From positions 1,695,486-1,759,485 of the forward strand of contig CM119268.1 in assembly GCA_051294375.1 (NCBI GenBank): DNA of 64,000 bases. Direction: 5' to 3'. Below are positions 11,826-24,927 of this stretch, one piece after another. The stretch is from Paraspadella gotoi. Lineage: Eukaryota > Animalia > Chaetognatha. Position 1 is the first letter of the stretch; each line of letters opens with the position of its first letter. The translations under genes and the position numbers were made by a program. Below the pieces are notes generated by a model. That model saw only the letters and a list, made by a program, of their open reading frames with translations. It was not told the DNA's origin and did no database searches.

Positions 11826-12092
11826 AAATGAAATTGGTAAAACCAATATAAAATTATCCATTCATTTAATAAATAAGCTATCTTGCCCCTGACTTTAGGA
11901 CAAGGCTTTGGAACAGTTTTAAGGCCTCCATCACTCTTACAAGATAATGACATAGCAGGTCCCTGCAATCTTTCAATCAAGACTCTCTCACAGTCTTGTT
12001 TATTCACTCCCAGAGTACCTGGCTTCCCTCTCATGAAGTGGCATAATTTTTCAAAGATTATTTCAAATTGTATGAAAAGAACCACTCCCTTT
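11826..12092 (-). mobile_element. Unclassified ~300-bp dispersed repeat (SINE-like family C), 5'-truncated copy
   Basis: Reverse complement of 36870-37125; duplicate at ~18266-18526. Confidence 0.8.
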
Positions 12093-14653
12093 GAAACTGT
12101 ACCTTGTTTATATTTTCTCTTGACAAAAACTCAAAAAATCTTACTCAATCTTTTTTGCCTCGCAATTCTAACGACGGGGATTTCCAAAAACTTTGGACCA
12201 AAATTAACTCTTCATTTCCCCTCGACGTCATCCCTATTTAAACCCGTTCCGGGTAAGAGTAGCATCACCAATTCTCACTTCTCCCGCTAAAAACCCAGGG
12301 ACGATTTCCGCGGCCGTTTCCGGTCAATCGAGCGACGCCGGGATTGGCCGGGATTGACCGGAGAGAGCGTGACTGACTGTGATCCGATCTCGAACGATAA
12401 ATGAATGAATATCGTGATTGACATATTGTGTCCATTTTGGCGAGTTATCAGGTCAAAGGATTCGCTACTTAACTACGTGATTACTTGTAGAAAATGTTTA
12501 TTATTTTCTATGCCTCGAGGATCGCGCGTTCGTATTCGTCGGCCCTCGGTTGGAACTGGCTTTAACATGGAGCAAGGTTTTTCTAAATCTCGAATGACGT
12601 AAATGACGAATAAATGACGAATAAATCGTGAATAAATCGTGCATATGTTTTATTACTGAACGGAATAAATAAATAGCGAAATAAAATGTAATATATTATG
12701 AATAAATTTGGGTAGAAAATCCGATCTTTTTTTTTTAACGATTATGATCGAGTGACGAGGTTTTTCAAGCCGAGGAAAGTCACGAGAAAGCGACGAGAAT
12801 GGTGAAAAGACTCGTCTCTAAGGTCAATTAAATGACCAAGTAAAAATGAACCGGACGCGAAGTCATAAAATCTTTCATACTTACTGTGCTAAAATTTTAC
12901 TGCATTGTTAATATTAATATTCGATATCCAGCCTAATTCACCCTCTCTTTCCAAGCCCAAAGGACTAGAGTTCGCGCCCTCTTGATCCACACAAGAACGG
13001 GACGTCTAACCCAGCTTAGGCTTTATATCCACAGGCCTCCCCGTTATTTGTTACTTGCTTTTGATTCTTCTCGACAAGTGGACACAAGTTTATGATACCA
13101 TTTCGTCGATGGGTTCAGGGAATTGGATAAGATCGCAGACTCGTTGCCACTACGGCGTCGCTACTCTCTCTCTCTCTCTCGTCTCTCTCTCTCTCTCTCT
13201 CACTCTCTCTCTCCGTCTTCCACTGCCCCCCCCCCGGCGGCGTCGACGTCCTCGCTCGGTTGTCATGGAAACGCCGGGTGAGGTCGTTCAACTCCCGGAT
13301 TCAGGCATTCCGGCCGCCGGCTGAGGCGAAGGCCGTCGCCTTCCTCGTTCCTGGATATATAAGTTCCGCGTCGACGGTAAATCCTTTTTTTTTTACCACC
13401 AGAGGGGTCGTTCCTCGTTCCTGCCGTTGTTGTTTTGTTTTTGTCGTCGTTGTTAATTAAAGACGGAAAAAAAGAAAAAAGAAATTACAGAGCGGATTGG
13501 TTTTAACTGCTAACGAACTATCCTTTTTTTTTAAAGCGAATGAGGTGTTTTAGGCGGTTGAGAGTTTAAAAGAAGCACCAGTTCAAGTTGTTGCGCCCCA
13601 ATGACTTTCTTATGCGCATTCATTTCCAAATTATCACGTGACTGCACAATTATGAACATATACACATTATCGCAATACGCATATCATGGTACTTAACTTC
13701 GCTTTTAAGTATTAATCAAAATGATGGAGTATTACCTGAGCGTCAGCGGACAGAGCGACGGAAAAATAAACAAGCCGACTGACCGAAAAGTAAAAAGAGT
13801 TGCTTCAAGAATTAGTTTAAGTTGATAGATTTTTTAAACTTGGGATCAATAGAACCTAAAACTGAAAAAGAAAAAAAAATAATTAATTCAGATTTAAATT
13901 TGGCGGGAAAAAAAAAATCACTTTTCTTTACATTCGAGTTAACGGTTGGAACGAAATGAGATTTTGACTTTTTAAACAAGATCGAGGGAGAAAAAGCGCT
14001 GTGATTCTTGTAGTCACGGCTGTGAAGGATTGTCTTGATGAATGGTATATAATAGTACTTTAATACATCCTATTTTTACTTAAAGAATTCAAAATTCTTG
14101 TTACTTAAAAATGAAACTAAAATAAAGGGAAAACACTCATTGTAAGAACTATTAGAGGAAATAAAAAAAAACAGAGACTGATACCATAAATATATAAACT
14201 AAACTGTCGGCCGTGACTAATATATGATATATAATATAATATATATAATATATAATATATAAATATATATAATATATAAACTAAACTAACTGTCGACGCG
14301 TGACCAAAAGAATTAGGCCCACTATTTTGGCAAGAGAACTTTTAAGCTTTTTAAGCAGCGGAGGCCTTTTACTATTTAACTTTTTAAGTATTCATAACTT
14401 CGGAAAAACGTTTTTCGTCGTCGAGGAAAAAGAAAAAATCCACGGTGCTTTGAGTATTTAATGAGAAGGAACAAAATGATGGAATTATTTCCAACTCTTT
14501 TCCTTTAATATAATCAGATTTTCGAGGAAGGATTCCACACCCGAGGCACCCGATCCTCTCTCGCGCTTTCTCTGACTCCCCAATCGGCACAACCGTCTTT
14601 GGCTCCCCCTATCGTCGATTTAAAGTTTCAATACAATCTTTTTTTTTTCTTTT

Positions 14654-14950
14654 AGTTGCGGCCGCGAGTACATCGCGGAGCAACTCTATAAGTCACTTTT
14701 CGGTCAGTCGGTCGGGTCTGTCGTATGTCTGTCCGTCGGTTTGTTCCAATTACGTTAAAAATGCTCATAACTTGCTCTATAGTTAAATTGCTCAATTTGT
14801 TAAAAATTTAAAATTCTCAAATCCTCTAGCGCCGCCTTTAGGAATCCTGCGTGTCATAAATACACGGGCTAAGACAGTTATTGTAGTCATGTCATGTCAA
14901 TGTCATGTGATCACCAAGGAAATACCACATGAAAATAAAGTTACTTTCGT
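14654..14950 (+). mobile_element. Helentron/DINE-1-like non-autonomous element (HINE-like)
   Basis: Starts after a T-run with palindrome agttgcgccgcgagt|actcgcggagcaact, then (GTCY)-like and (CATGT)n tracts; same family at 21065, 42617, 52059, 55510(-). Confidence 0.7.
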
Positions 14951-15016
14951 GATTAGGATTGTGCGGGTCATATTTTCGGGAATCAAAGGTGAGGCGTTGC
15001 GAAAAGAAAGAAAGCA

Positions 15017-15055
<39 letters not shown>

Positions 15056-15580
15056 TCATCATCATCATCTGTTTGGAGATGGAATCACGACAAGCGATGA
15101 AGTCAACAACATCCAGAAACATTTCTCATTCTTCCTCCAACGATGTTTGCCACCCTTTTGAAATCGCGGAATCGTCCGACATTTTCTCTTTGCCACTCTT
15201 TGCCTTTTTTTTTTTTGCCATTCTTCGCCATTTCGTCACGAATTCGCGATAGTAACGATTCTCTGCCAATCTTTTTCAATTTTGTTTTTCCACTCTTTTC
15301 TATTATTCGCTATTCTTTTCCATTCTACGCATTCTTTGCTATTCTTTTCCACTATTTGCCATTCTACGGTCCATTCTTTGTGCCATTCTCGCCACTCCTT
15401 TGCCATTCTATGATGATTCTTTGCAATTCTTTATCCAACTCTTTGTCATTCTACGCCAATTCTTTGGCATTTTTTCGCATACTTTTTCGCCGTTCTTCGC
15501 CCTCACCCTCAAGTGGGAACTCCGGATTTTACGACTCGCATTCTGAGATTACGACTTTTGTTCGGGAGAGAGAGAGAGAA

Positions 15581-15617
<37 letters not shown>

Positions 15618-16021
15618 CACCCCATCTCTCTAACCTGCCTCCCTTCTCCCCCCCACCCACATGGCCACGCCCCCTTTTTTAGGATTGACTCAAATCTCTT
15701 TTCCCATTTTTTACTTTTTTTTAAGAAGTTTTTTACGGCGTCCCGAGCGACGACGTAAAATTTCTTGCCCCAAAAATCGTTTCTCTTTTTTTTTTCCCCC
15801 AAAAATGGAAATCGTTGTAACGGTGAAAACGGTCAACGCTGGCGGAAAAAAAAGCGTAAAAAATGGGCGGAAGTAAGAAAAAAATGGGCGGAAAAGTTTG
15901 GAAAGGAAAAAAAATGTGGCAACGATGATGAAAAACCTCTTCCGAACTCGGGAGTAATTGAAAAGGAAAGTTGAAATAAAGAATAAAACGTAACAGTTTT
16001 TCATTCACCTGGTAACTCTGA

Positions 16022-17281
16022 AGTTACATCTGAAAATAAGATCTCAAACACAGTCTTACGCAGCGATAACAAAAGAAAAGGAAAATGAGAGATTTATGTT
16101 AACAAAGCAAGATTTAATGAATTTATTGTTTGGGGTTGGCCACATGTTTCGCGAAATGAAAGAACTTACAACTGATTCAATCACGGATACCAAATATGGG
16201 ATCTTGCGTGACAATCTGGTCACGAACTTTATAACTCAGAAGGGTGCCATGAGAAAAAACTTTAAATGCCACCAAGACAGGCGAGAACAGAAACTGCAAA
16301 AACAGTTCAGTTCCACAGAAAAGTTGACTACTGAATGTGTCAGTAAAGATCTGAACTGAAAACACTTGTCAAACAAATGAATCAAACTACGAGTGGGGGA
16401 CACCATCTGCCCGGCCATAGAAAGTTATGAAACTTTGGAATTTAACACAAAGTACAATGTTCAACCATACCAAATAAAAGAACGTCGGAAAAAGTATAGG
16501 TAGAGTTTCTTCCCAAAAGCCCATTATCCAAGTATAATCCCAGAAACAAAAACAAAAGGCAAGCAGACAAAGAAAGAACATAAATCTGATGACAAAGCAC
16601 GAATTCCCAGTAATGGATTATGGAAAGTGAAATTAATTATCTTTACTGTCTTAGCCTAAACACGAATGGTAAACCAACAAGATTACATGGTTAAAAAATT
16701 AATTGATGACATATCAGAAAAAAACAAAACATAATTTTAAATCTTTAACGATATAACGAGTCACCAAAGAAGAATGTCTCCAATTTTAAAACTTTAAATT
16801 TATTGTCCAAAAAACAATGCTTCTAATCCAACAGTAGCAAGTGGAGTCGGAATAGGTGTTCCCAAAAACTATCTTATGAGAGAAACTTCGCAAGTGAAAA
16901 ATACAATGAAGTTTAATTGTAGAAATTGTGAATGATAAAAGGATTGAATTTAGAGATTGCAACAATCTATAATCATCCAAGGAAAAGATTTTCCCGATTC
17001 CTTTGTAAAAGACTTTTTAATCACAAACCAGATAAAAGATTAATTCGACTTCTAATGGGAGATTTCAACTCGCCAAACAAATATTTTGGAAGTCGGACGA
17101 CAAGTAGATCTGGTGAAGAATTACTGAACTATTTAGTAAAATACGGCCAGTTTTCGTGTGCATGATGACAATATGACTTACATAAGTAAAAATTACAAGG
17201 GGAAAGCAAATATCCTTGATTTTGTTTTCTGTGACGATAAAAGCATAGATCATGTTAAAGACTACAAAGTGTTGGAATACG
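16022..17281 (+). pseudogene. Internal fragment (ORF1 3' end plus endonuclease) of the LINE at 26.5-31.3 kb
   Basis: Colinear with ~27846-29072 (MLTKQDLMNLLFGVGHMFREMKEL..., LMGDFNSPNKYFGSRTTSRSGEELL) but full of single-base indels; truncated at both ends. Confidence 0.9.
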
Positions 17282-17291
17282 TTTTAAACTG

Positions 17292-19580
17292 ACAAATCCT
17301 TCCCCATTGACCCGGCAAATCCTCCTCGGGTCGAAAAACTCGAGGGGAAAATGAATCGAATCGAATTCGAGCGACGAAGGTCGGAGTCACACCGCCCCTC
17401 GGTGCCAGCGTTACGCCCCGCAGTGCCAGCACCGCCCCTCGGTGCCAGCGTTACGTCCTGCAGTGCCAGCACCGCGCCTCGGTGCCAGCGTTTCACCCCG
17501 CAGTGCCAGCACTGTCCCACTGTGCCAGCCTTACGCCCCACAGTGCCAACACCTCGCCTCGGTGCCAGCCTTACGCCCCGCAGTGCCAGCACCGCCCTTA
17601 GGTGCCAGCGTTACGCCTCGCTGTGCCAGCACCGCCCTTGGATGCCAGCAGCGTGCCTCGCAGTGCCAGCAGGCCCATCACCCTTCGCGCCGAGAAATCA
17701 GTTAAAAAAGCGATGAGAAATTCCATGCGGCATAATACGTGACATACTGAGTCAATTTAGATACCTAATACCATGTAAAAATGTAACAATGTAATAGGCA
17801 GACTGGTAAGGTAGTATCAGTAAATGCTTCTAATGCAAACGTTTCATACTTTACCACGCAGAACTACGGCCACGTGATCAGAAAGTGAATGCGCCATGTT
17901 TCGTGTGATATTTAGTTGTTTTACTAAATATCAGAGAAATAATTAACCATAAGACGCTTCATCTCGAAAGTCATTGATGGCTCAACACTCAACAGCTTGC
18001 TACTTGGCCGGTTCTTCATTCCATCTCTACATCTTTCCCTCCCCCCCCGAAGCCCCCCCTCCCCCCTCCTCTTCACCCAAATTCTTCCAGCCCGGCGCTA
18101 ATCTCGGGCGACCGGAAACCATTTGACGTCGGCCTCGATAGATGGCGCCTTTTTAATTTTTTTTTTCGGGGGGGGCAGGCGGGTGAGGGAGGGGGGGGGT
18201 TTAGACCCGGTCTTCGTTTCCCCTCCCCCAATCGAAATACTTTTTTTTTTGAAACCCAACGTCGAATGAAATTGGTAAAACCAATATAAAAATTATCCAT
18301 TCATTTAATAAATAAGCTATCTTGCCCCTGACTTTAGACAGGCTTTGGACAGTTTTAAGGCCTCCATCACTCTTACAAGATAATGACATAGCAGGTCCTG
18401 CAATCTTTCAATCAAGACTCTCTCACAGTCTTGTTTATTCACTCCCAGAGTACCTGGCTTCCCTCTCAATGAAGTGGCATAATTTTTCAAAGATTATTTC
18501 AATTGTATGAAAAGACCACTCCCTTTGAAACTGTACCTTGTTTATATTTTCTCTTGACAAAAACTCAAAAATCTTACTCAATCTTTTTTGCCTCGCAATT
18601 CTAACGACGGGGATTTCCAAAAACTTTGGACCAAAATTAACTCTTCATTTCCCCTCGACGTCATCCCTATTTAAACCCGTTCCGGGTAAGTAGCATCACC
18701 AATCTCACTTCTCCCGCTAAAAACCCCAGGGACGATTTCCCGGCCGTTTCCGGTCAATCGAGCGACGCCGGGATTGGCCGGGATTGACCGGAGAGAGCGT
18801 GACTGACTGTGATCCGATCTCGAACGATAAATGAATGAATATCGTGATTGACATATTGTGTCCATTTTGCGAGTTATCAGTCAAAGGATTCGCTACTTAA
18901 CTACGTGATTACTTGTAGAAAATGTTTATTATTTTCTATGCCTCGAGGATCGCGCGTTCGATTCGTCGGCCCTCGGTTGAACTGGCTTTAACATGGAGCA
19001 AGGTTTTCTAAATCTCGAATGACGTAAATGACGAATAAATGACGAATAAATCGTGAATAAATCGTGCATATGTTTATTACTGAACGGAATAAATAAATAG
19101 CGAAATAAATGTAATATATTATAATAAATTTGGGTAGAAAATCCGATCTTTTTTTTTTTAACGATTATGATCGAGTGACGAGGTTTTTCAGCCGAAGGAA
19201 AGTCACGAGAAAGCGACGAGAATGGTGAAAAGACTCGTCTCTAAAGGTCAATTAAATGACCAAGTAAAAATGACCGGACGCGAAGTCATAAAATCTTTCA
19301 ATACTTACTGTGCTAAAATTTTACTGCATTGTTAATATTTAATATTCGATATCCAGCCTAATTCACCCTCTCTTTCCAAGCCCAAAGGACTAGAGTTCGC
19401 GCCCTCTTGATCCACACAAGAACGGGACGTCTAACCCAGCTTAGCTTTATATCCACAGGCCTCCCGTTATTTGTTACTTGCTTTTGATTCTTCTCGACAA
19501 GTGGACACAAGTTTATGAATACCATTTCGTCGATGGGTTCAGGGAATTGGATAAGATCGCAGACTCGTTGCCCTACGGCG

Positions 19581-19638
<58 letters not shown>

Positions 19639-21420
19639 TCACTGCCCCCCCCCGGGCGTCGACGTCGTTGTCATGGAAACGCCGGTGAGTCGTTCAACTC
19701 CCGGATTCAGGCCATTCCGGCCGCCGCTGAGGCGAAGGCCGTCGCCTTCCTCGTTCTGGATATATAAGTTCCGCGTCGACGGTAAATCCCTTTTTTTTTT
19801 AACCACAGAGGGCGTCGTCCTCGTTCCTCCGTTGTTGTTTTGTTTTTGTCGTCGTTGTAATTAAAGACGGAAAAAAAGAAAAAAAGAAATTACAGAGCGG
19901 ATTGGTTTTAACTGCTAACGAACTTCCTTTTTTTTTAAAGCGAAATGAGGTTTTAGCGGTGAGAGTTTAAAAGAAGCACCAGTTCAAGTTGTTGCGCCCC
20001 AATGACTTTCTTATGCGCACTCATTTCCAAATTATCACGTGACTGCACAATTATGAAACATATACACATTACGCAATACGCATATCATGGTACTTAACTT
20101 CGCTTTTAAGTATTAATCAAAATGATGGAGTATTACCTGAGCGTCAGCGGGACAGAGCGACGGAAAAATAAACAAGCCGACTGACCGAAAAGTAAAAAGA
20201 GTTGCTTCAAGAATTAGTTTAAGTTGATAGATCTTTTTAACTTGGGATCATAGAACCTAAAAACTGAAAAGAAAAAAAAATAATTAATTCAGATTTAAAT
20301 TTGGCGGGAAAAAAAATCACTTTTCTTTACATTCGAGTTAAACGGTTTGGAACGAAATGAGATTTTGACTTTTTAAACAAGATCGAGGGAGAAAAAGCGC
20401 TGTGATTCTTGTAGTCACGGCTGTGAAGGATTGTCTTGATGAATGGTATATAATAGTACTTTAATACATCCTATTTTTTTACTTAAAAGAATTCAAAATT
20501 CTTGTTACTTAAAAATGAAACTAAAATAAAAGGGAAAACACTCATTGTAAGACTATTAGAGGAAATAAAAAAAAACAGAGACTGATACATAAATATATAA
20601 AACTAAACTGTCGGCCGTGACTAATATATGATATATAAAATATAATATATATAATATATAATATATAAATATATATAATATATAAAACTAAACTAACTGT
20701 CGACCGTGACCAAAAGAAATTAGGCCCACTATTTTGGCAAGAGAACTTTTAAGCTTTTTAAGCAGCGGAGCCTTTTAACTATTTAACTTTTTTAAGTATT
20801 CATAACTCGGAAAAACGTTTTTCGTCGGTCGAGGAAAAAGAAAAATCCACGGTGCTTTGAGTATTTAATGAGAAGGAAACAAAAATGATGGAATTATTCC
20901 AAACTCTTTTCCTTAATATGAATCAGATTTTCGAGGAAGGATTCCACCCCGAGGCACCCGATCCTCTCTCGCGCTTTCTCTGACTCCCCAATCGGCCACA
21001 ACCGTCTTTGGCCTCCCCCTATCGTCGATTTAAAGTTTCAATACAATCTTTTTTTTTTCTTTTTAGTTGCGCCGCGAGTACTCGCGGAGCAACTCTATAA
21101 GTCACTTTTCGGTCAGTCGGTCGGTCTGTCGGTATGTCTGTCCGTCGGTTTGTTCCAATTACGTTAAAAATGCTCATAACTTGCCTATAGTTAATTGCTC
21201 ATTTGTTAAAAATTTAAAAATTCTCAAATCCTCTAGCGCCGCCTTTAGGAAATCCTGCGTGTCATAAATACACGGGCTAAGACAGTTATTGTAGTCATGT
21301 CATGTCATGTCATGTGATCACAAGGAAATACACATGAAAATAAAGTTACTTTCGTGATTAGGATTGTGCGGGTCATATTTTCGGGAATCAAAGGTGAGGC
21401 GTTGCGAAAGAAAGAAAGCA

Positions 21421-21462
<42 letters not shown>

Positions 21463-21964
21463 TCATCATCATCATCTGTTTGGAGATGGAATCACGACAA
21501 GCGATGAAGTCAACAACATCCAGAAACATTTCTCATTCTTCCTCCAACGATGTTTGCCACCCTTTTGAAATCGCGGAATCGTCCGACATTTTCTCTTTGC
21601 CACTCTTTGCCTTTTTTTTTTTTTGCCATTCTTCGCCATTTCGTCACGAATTCGCGATAGTAAACGATTCTCTGCCAATCTTTTCAATTTTGTTTTTCCA
21701 CTCTTTTCTATTATTCGCTATTCTTTTCCATTCTACGCCATTCTTTGCTATTCTTTTCCACTATTTGCCATTCTACGCCATTCTTTGCCATTCTTCGCCA
21801 CTCTTTGCCATTCTATGTGATTCTTTGCAATTCTTTACCACTCTTTGTCATTCTACGCCATTCTTTGGCATTTTTCGCTACTCTTCGCCGTTCTTCGCCC
21901 TTCACCCTCAAGTGGGAACTCCGGATTTTACGACTCGCATTCTGAGATTACGACTTTTGTTCGG

Positions 21965-22021
<57 letters not shown>

Positions 22022-22458
22022 CCCCCATCTCTCTACCTGCCTCCCTTCTCCCCCTCCCACATGGCCACGCCCCCTTTTTTAGGATTGACTCAAATCTCTT
22101 TTCCATTTTTTACTTTTTTTTAAAGAAGTTTTTTACGGCGTCCCGAGCGACGACGTAAATTTCTTGCCCCAAAAATCGTTTCTCTTTTTTTTCCCCCAAA
22201 AATGGAAATCGTTGTAACGGTGAAAACGGTCAACCTGGCGGAAAAAAAAGGCGTAAAAAATGGGCGGAAGGAAGAAAAAAATGGGCGGAAAAGTTTGGAA
22301 AGGAAAAAAAATGTGGCAACGATGATGAAAAACCTCTTCCGAACTCGGGAGTAATTGAAAGGAAAGTTGAAATAAAGAATAAAACGTAACAGTTTTTCAT
22401 TTTCACCTGGTAACTCTGAAGTTACATCTGAAAATAGATCTCAAACACAGTCTTACGC
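17292..22458 (+). repeat. Copy 2 of the ~5.2-kb duplicated segment, ending in an N gap at the start of the LINE fragment
   Basis: Same order of satellites, family-C repeat, HINE and (GTC)n/(ATC)n/(AG)n tracts as 10855-16060. Confidence 0.95.
21065..21352 (+). mobile_element. HINE-like element (duplicate of 14654-14950)
   Basis: agttgcgccgcgagtactcgcggagcaactctataagtcacttttcggtcagtcggtcggtctgtc... Confidence 0.7.
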
Positions 22459-24887
22459 NNNNNNNNNNNNNNNNNNNNNNNNNNNNNNNNNNNNNNNNNN
22501 NNNNNNNNNNNNNNNNNNNNNNNNNNNNNNNNNNNNNNNNNNNNNNNNNNNNNNNNNNTAAGTAAGGCAAAGATTTCTCGAAATTTTGACAAGAATCTGT
22601 GCGAAGTAAATAATAAAATTTATATTTCGTCAAGCGTTTTTGACAGCATTAAAACGAACGAATAATTTTTTTCTTTCACAATTTTATCAACGAAATATAA
22701 TTCAATCTTTTTTATTATTAAAACAAAATTAGTAAATCAAGGCGGCATATTTTCTAAACCAGCAGCTATTGCCCCACGCGAAAAAAAAAAGAAGAGTGTG
22801 TTGGGGAGGTCAGATCGATTCCTTCAGTTGCTTTTCTGGTCTCCATAAATTTTTCGCCTGAACGATCTTGACATCCACGGTAGATTGTCCTCTGATGCGC
22901 TTCATTGATTTGTTTGGCTTTTCGTCTTGTGTTGTCGTCTCTGCTTGTCGGTGCCGTTCGTCGTATGTGCGTCGTCGTCGTCGTTGATGGTCGTTTCGTG
23001 CTCCTCGTTTTTTCCGGCATTAAGTGAGCGCGATCTTAAAAGGCGAGAGAAAGAGCGAAAGGTATATGGTTTTTCTTCGGTTACGATTCTCAGTCGCTGC
23101 GCCTTGTCGGCCTCATTGATTTTATGTTTTAATCGGCGCCCCGTCGTTGTCGTCGTCGTGTTTGTTTGTCGTTGTCCGTTCGTTGCGTCGTCCGGTTATC
23201 TCGATCCTCTCCGGCAGGGGGGTTTTTCCCCGCTGGAAATGTGAATATGGAATTTGAATACTTACTCTTTTCGACATTTCTTCTTTTCTTCTCTCTCTTC
23301 TTCTCTCTTATCTCTCTCTTCTCTCTCTCTCTCTTTCTCTTCGTCTCTTCTGCTACTTCATTCGACAGCGAAAAAACTTTCAGCTTATCCTCGGCCTCCA
23401 GGTTTTGTAATTTGGTGGCGTTAATTCTTATTTTCAATTAATCACGACGGGGGATAAATCAGGGAAATAAATTATGAAACTTCTTCGGTTTAACAAATTT
23501 TTTTTAACCTTAGATTTAATATGCTAAAATACGTAAACAAAAAACAAAAACAGTTATCTTTGCCGCATTTAGAAAAAAGACAATCACGATTTTAGTAGTA
23601 GTATCTCTCGCGCATTTATTTTTACCGCCGTTATCCCCTTTTGTTATATTGAGTGGGTTCATACAAATTCTTTTATTTTTCATTTCGCCAGCATTCAACA
23701 TGACGTATTAGGGAGCATGAGCTTTATGGATTTCTCTTCTTTTTTATTCTTAATTAACCTTTTTTTTCGAAAAATGTCTTATATCGGGAATCCCTTAACA
23801 CGCTGCGCCTGTTCCATCAGAATTACGTACGCTCGTCCGTCATTAGTTCTGATGATCGTTAGATCCGGTTCGTTGTATTCTGGCCCGTTCATATTATTAG
23901 GCGGAGGTCGCTTTACGTGTCTCCCACGCCTGTTTTTTTAATTCATTGCGGGTTGCGCGGGTTTGTCCTCGATGAAAGTAAAGCGGGGTTATGTTTTTTT
24001 TTGCTGGCCTTACCGTTTGATTTTGATGATAAATTTTGTTGTAATAAAATTATAGACTAACTAATTTGTAGACATTTTGATGCCTTTTTTTTTTGCACTG
24101 GATTATTTATATTGGGGGCCTGCATGGGCTGGATGAGAGATCTCGTTGTCTTGGGATTTCGAATGAGTTTTATTAATAGGACGAAGATCAAAGAGGTGTA
24201 GTCAGATCAGTTTGGTGTATTTGTTATTGTAATGTTTTATATAAGATTCTGTATGTTTTCTAGTTTTATATGAAGATTATTTACGTTAACAAGTTGTAAT
24301 CTATAGTCCTAATTAATTGTTGTTGTTTTTCTAACCACAAGATGGAGGGTTTAAAAGAAATTATTTGATTTTAAAACTACAGAAAATATATGGCGTGTAC
24401 ATGAAGTGACTACCAAGGCGCGGGCGTGTAAAACTCGTCGAGGAATGTATTCACGGGTAACTGCGTTAGGCGCAAGAGGTTGTGGCGCGTTGTTTAAGAT
24501 GACTCGACTTGAGAGCGTACGTTGACGCGGGCGGAGTGAGCTCGAGTTCGGTAGAATGGAGGCAGGCGGCGACAGATCCGACGAGCCGTAAAGTATGCAG
24601 GCATTGCAAAGCAATTAGGCGCGGAATCGAGCATATGTCGAGTTTGCTAGAGTCAGCGGAGACAGGTCAGTATGACTATCGGTGTTTGGATTGGAGCGAT
24701 GTTAGAGTAGGACCTTGACAGGAATTGTCTGATGCGGCGGAGATCCCCATTAATTTGCTTTTTCGTCGGTATGTTCATTTTCGAAGATGACCTGGGATTC
24801 CATCTTCTTCCTAAAGCCTGGGCAGGATGGTCCGTGCCAATCTGACAAGCTGTTTGTTTGGTTTGTTGTTTCCTTCTTATTCGTATT

Positions 24888-24927
<40 letters not shown>

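Larger units (their letters stand above)
10855..16060 (+). repeat. ~5.2-kb segment duplicated at 17292-22458 (copy 1)
   Basis: Colinear identity throughout (cctcctcgggtcgaaaaactcgagg ... cacctggtaactctgaagttacatctg); differences are almost all 1-2 nt indels. Confidence 0.95.

Noticed and set aside
12220-13385. Promoter-like motifs (GACGTCA, TATTTAAA, CCAAT, GTTGTCATGGAAAC, GATATATAAG) and a possible exon ending ACG|gtaaat
   Set aside because: Short motifs with no linked gene, and the frame differs between the two indel-ridden copies.
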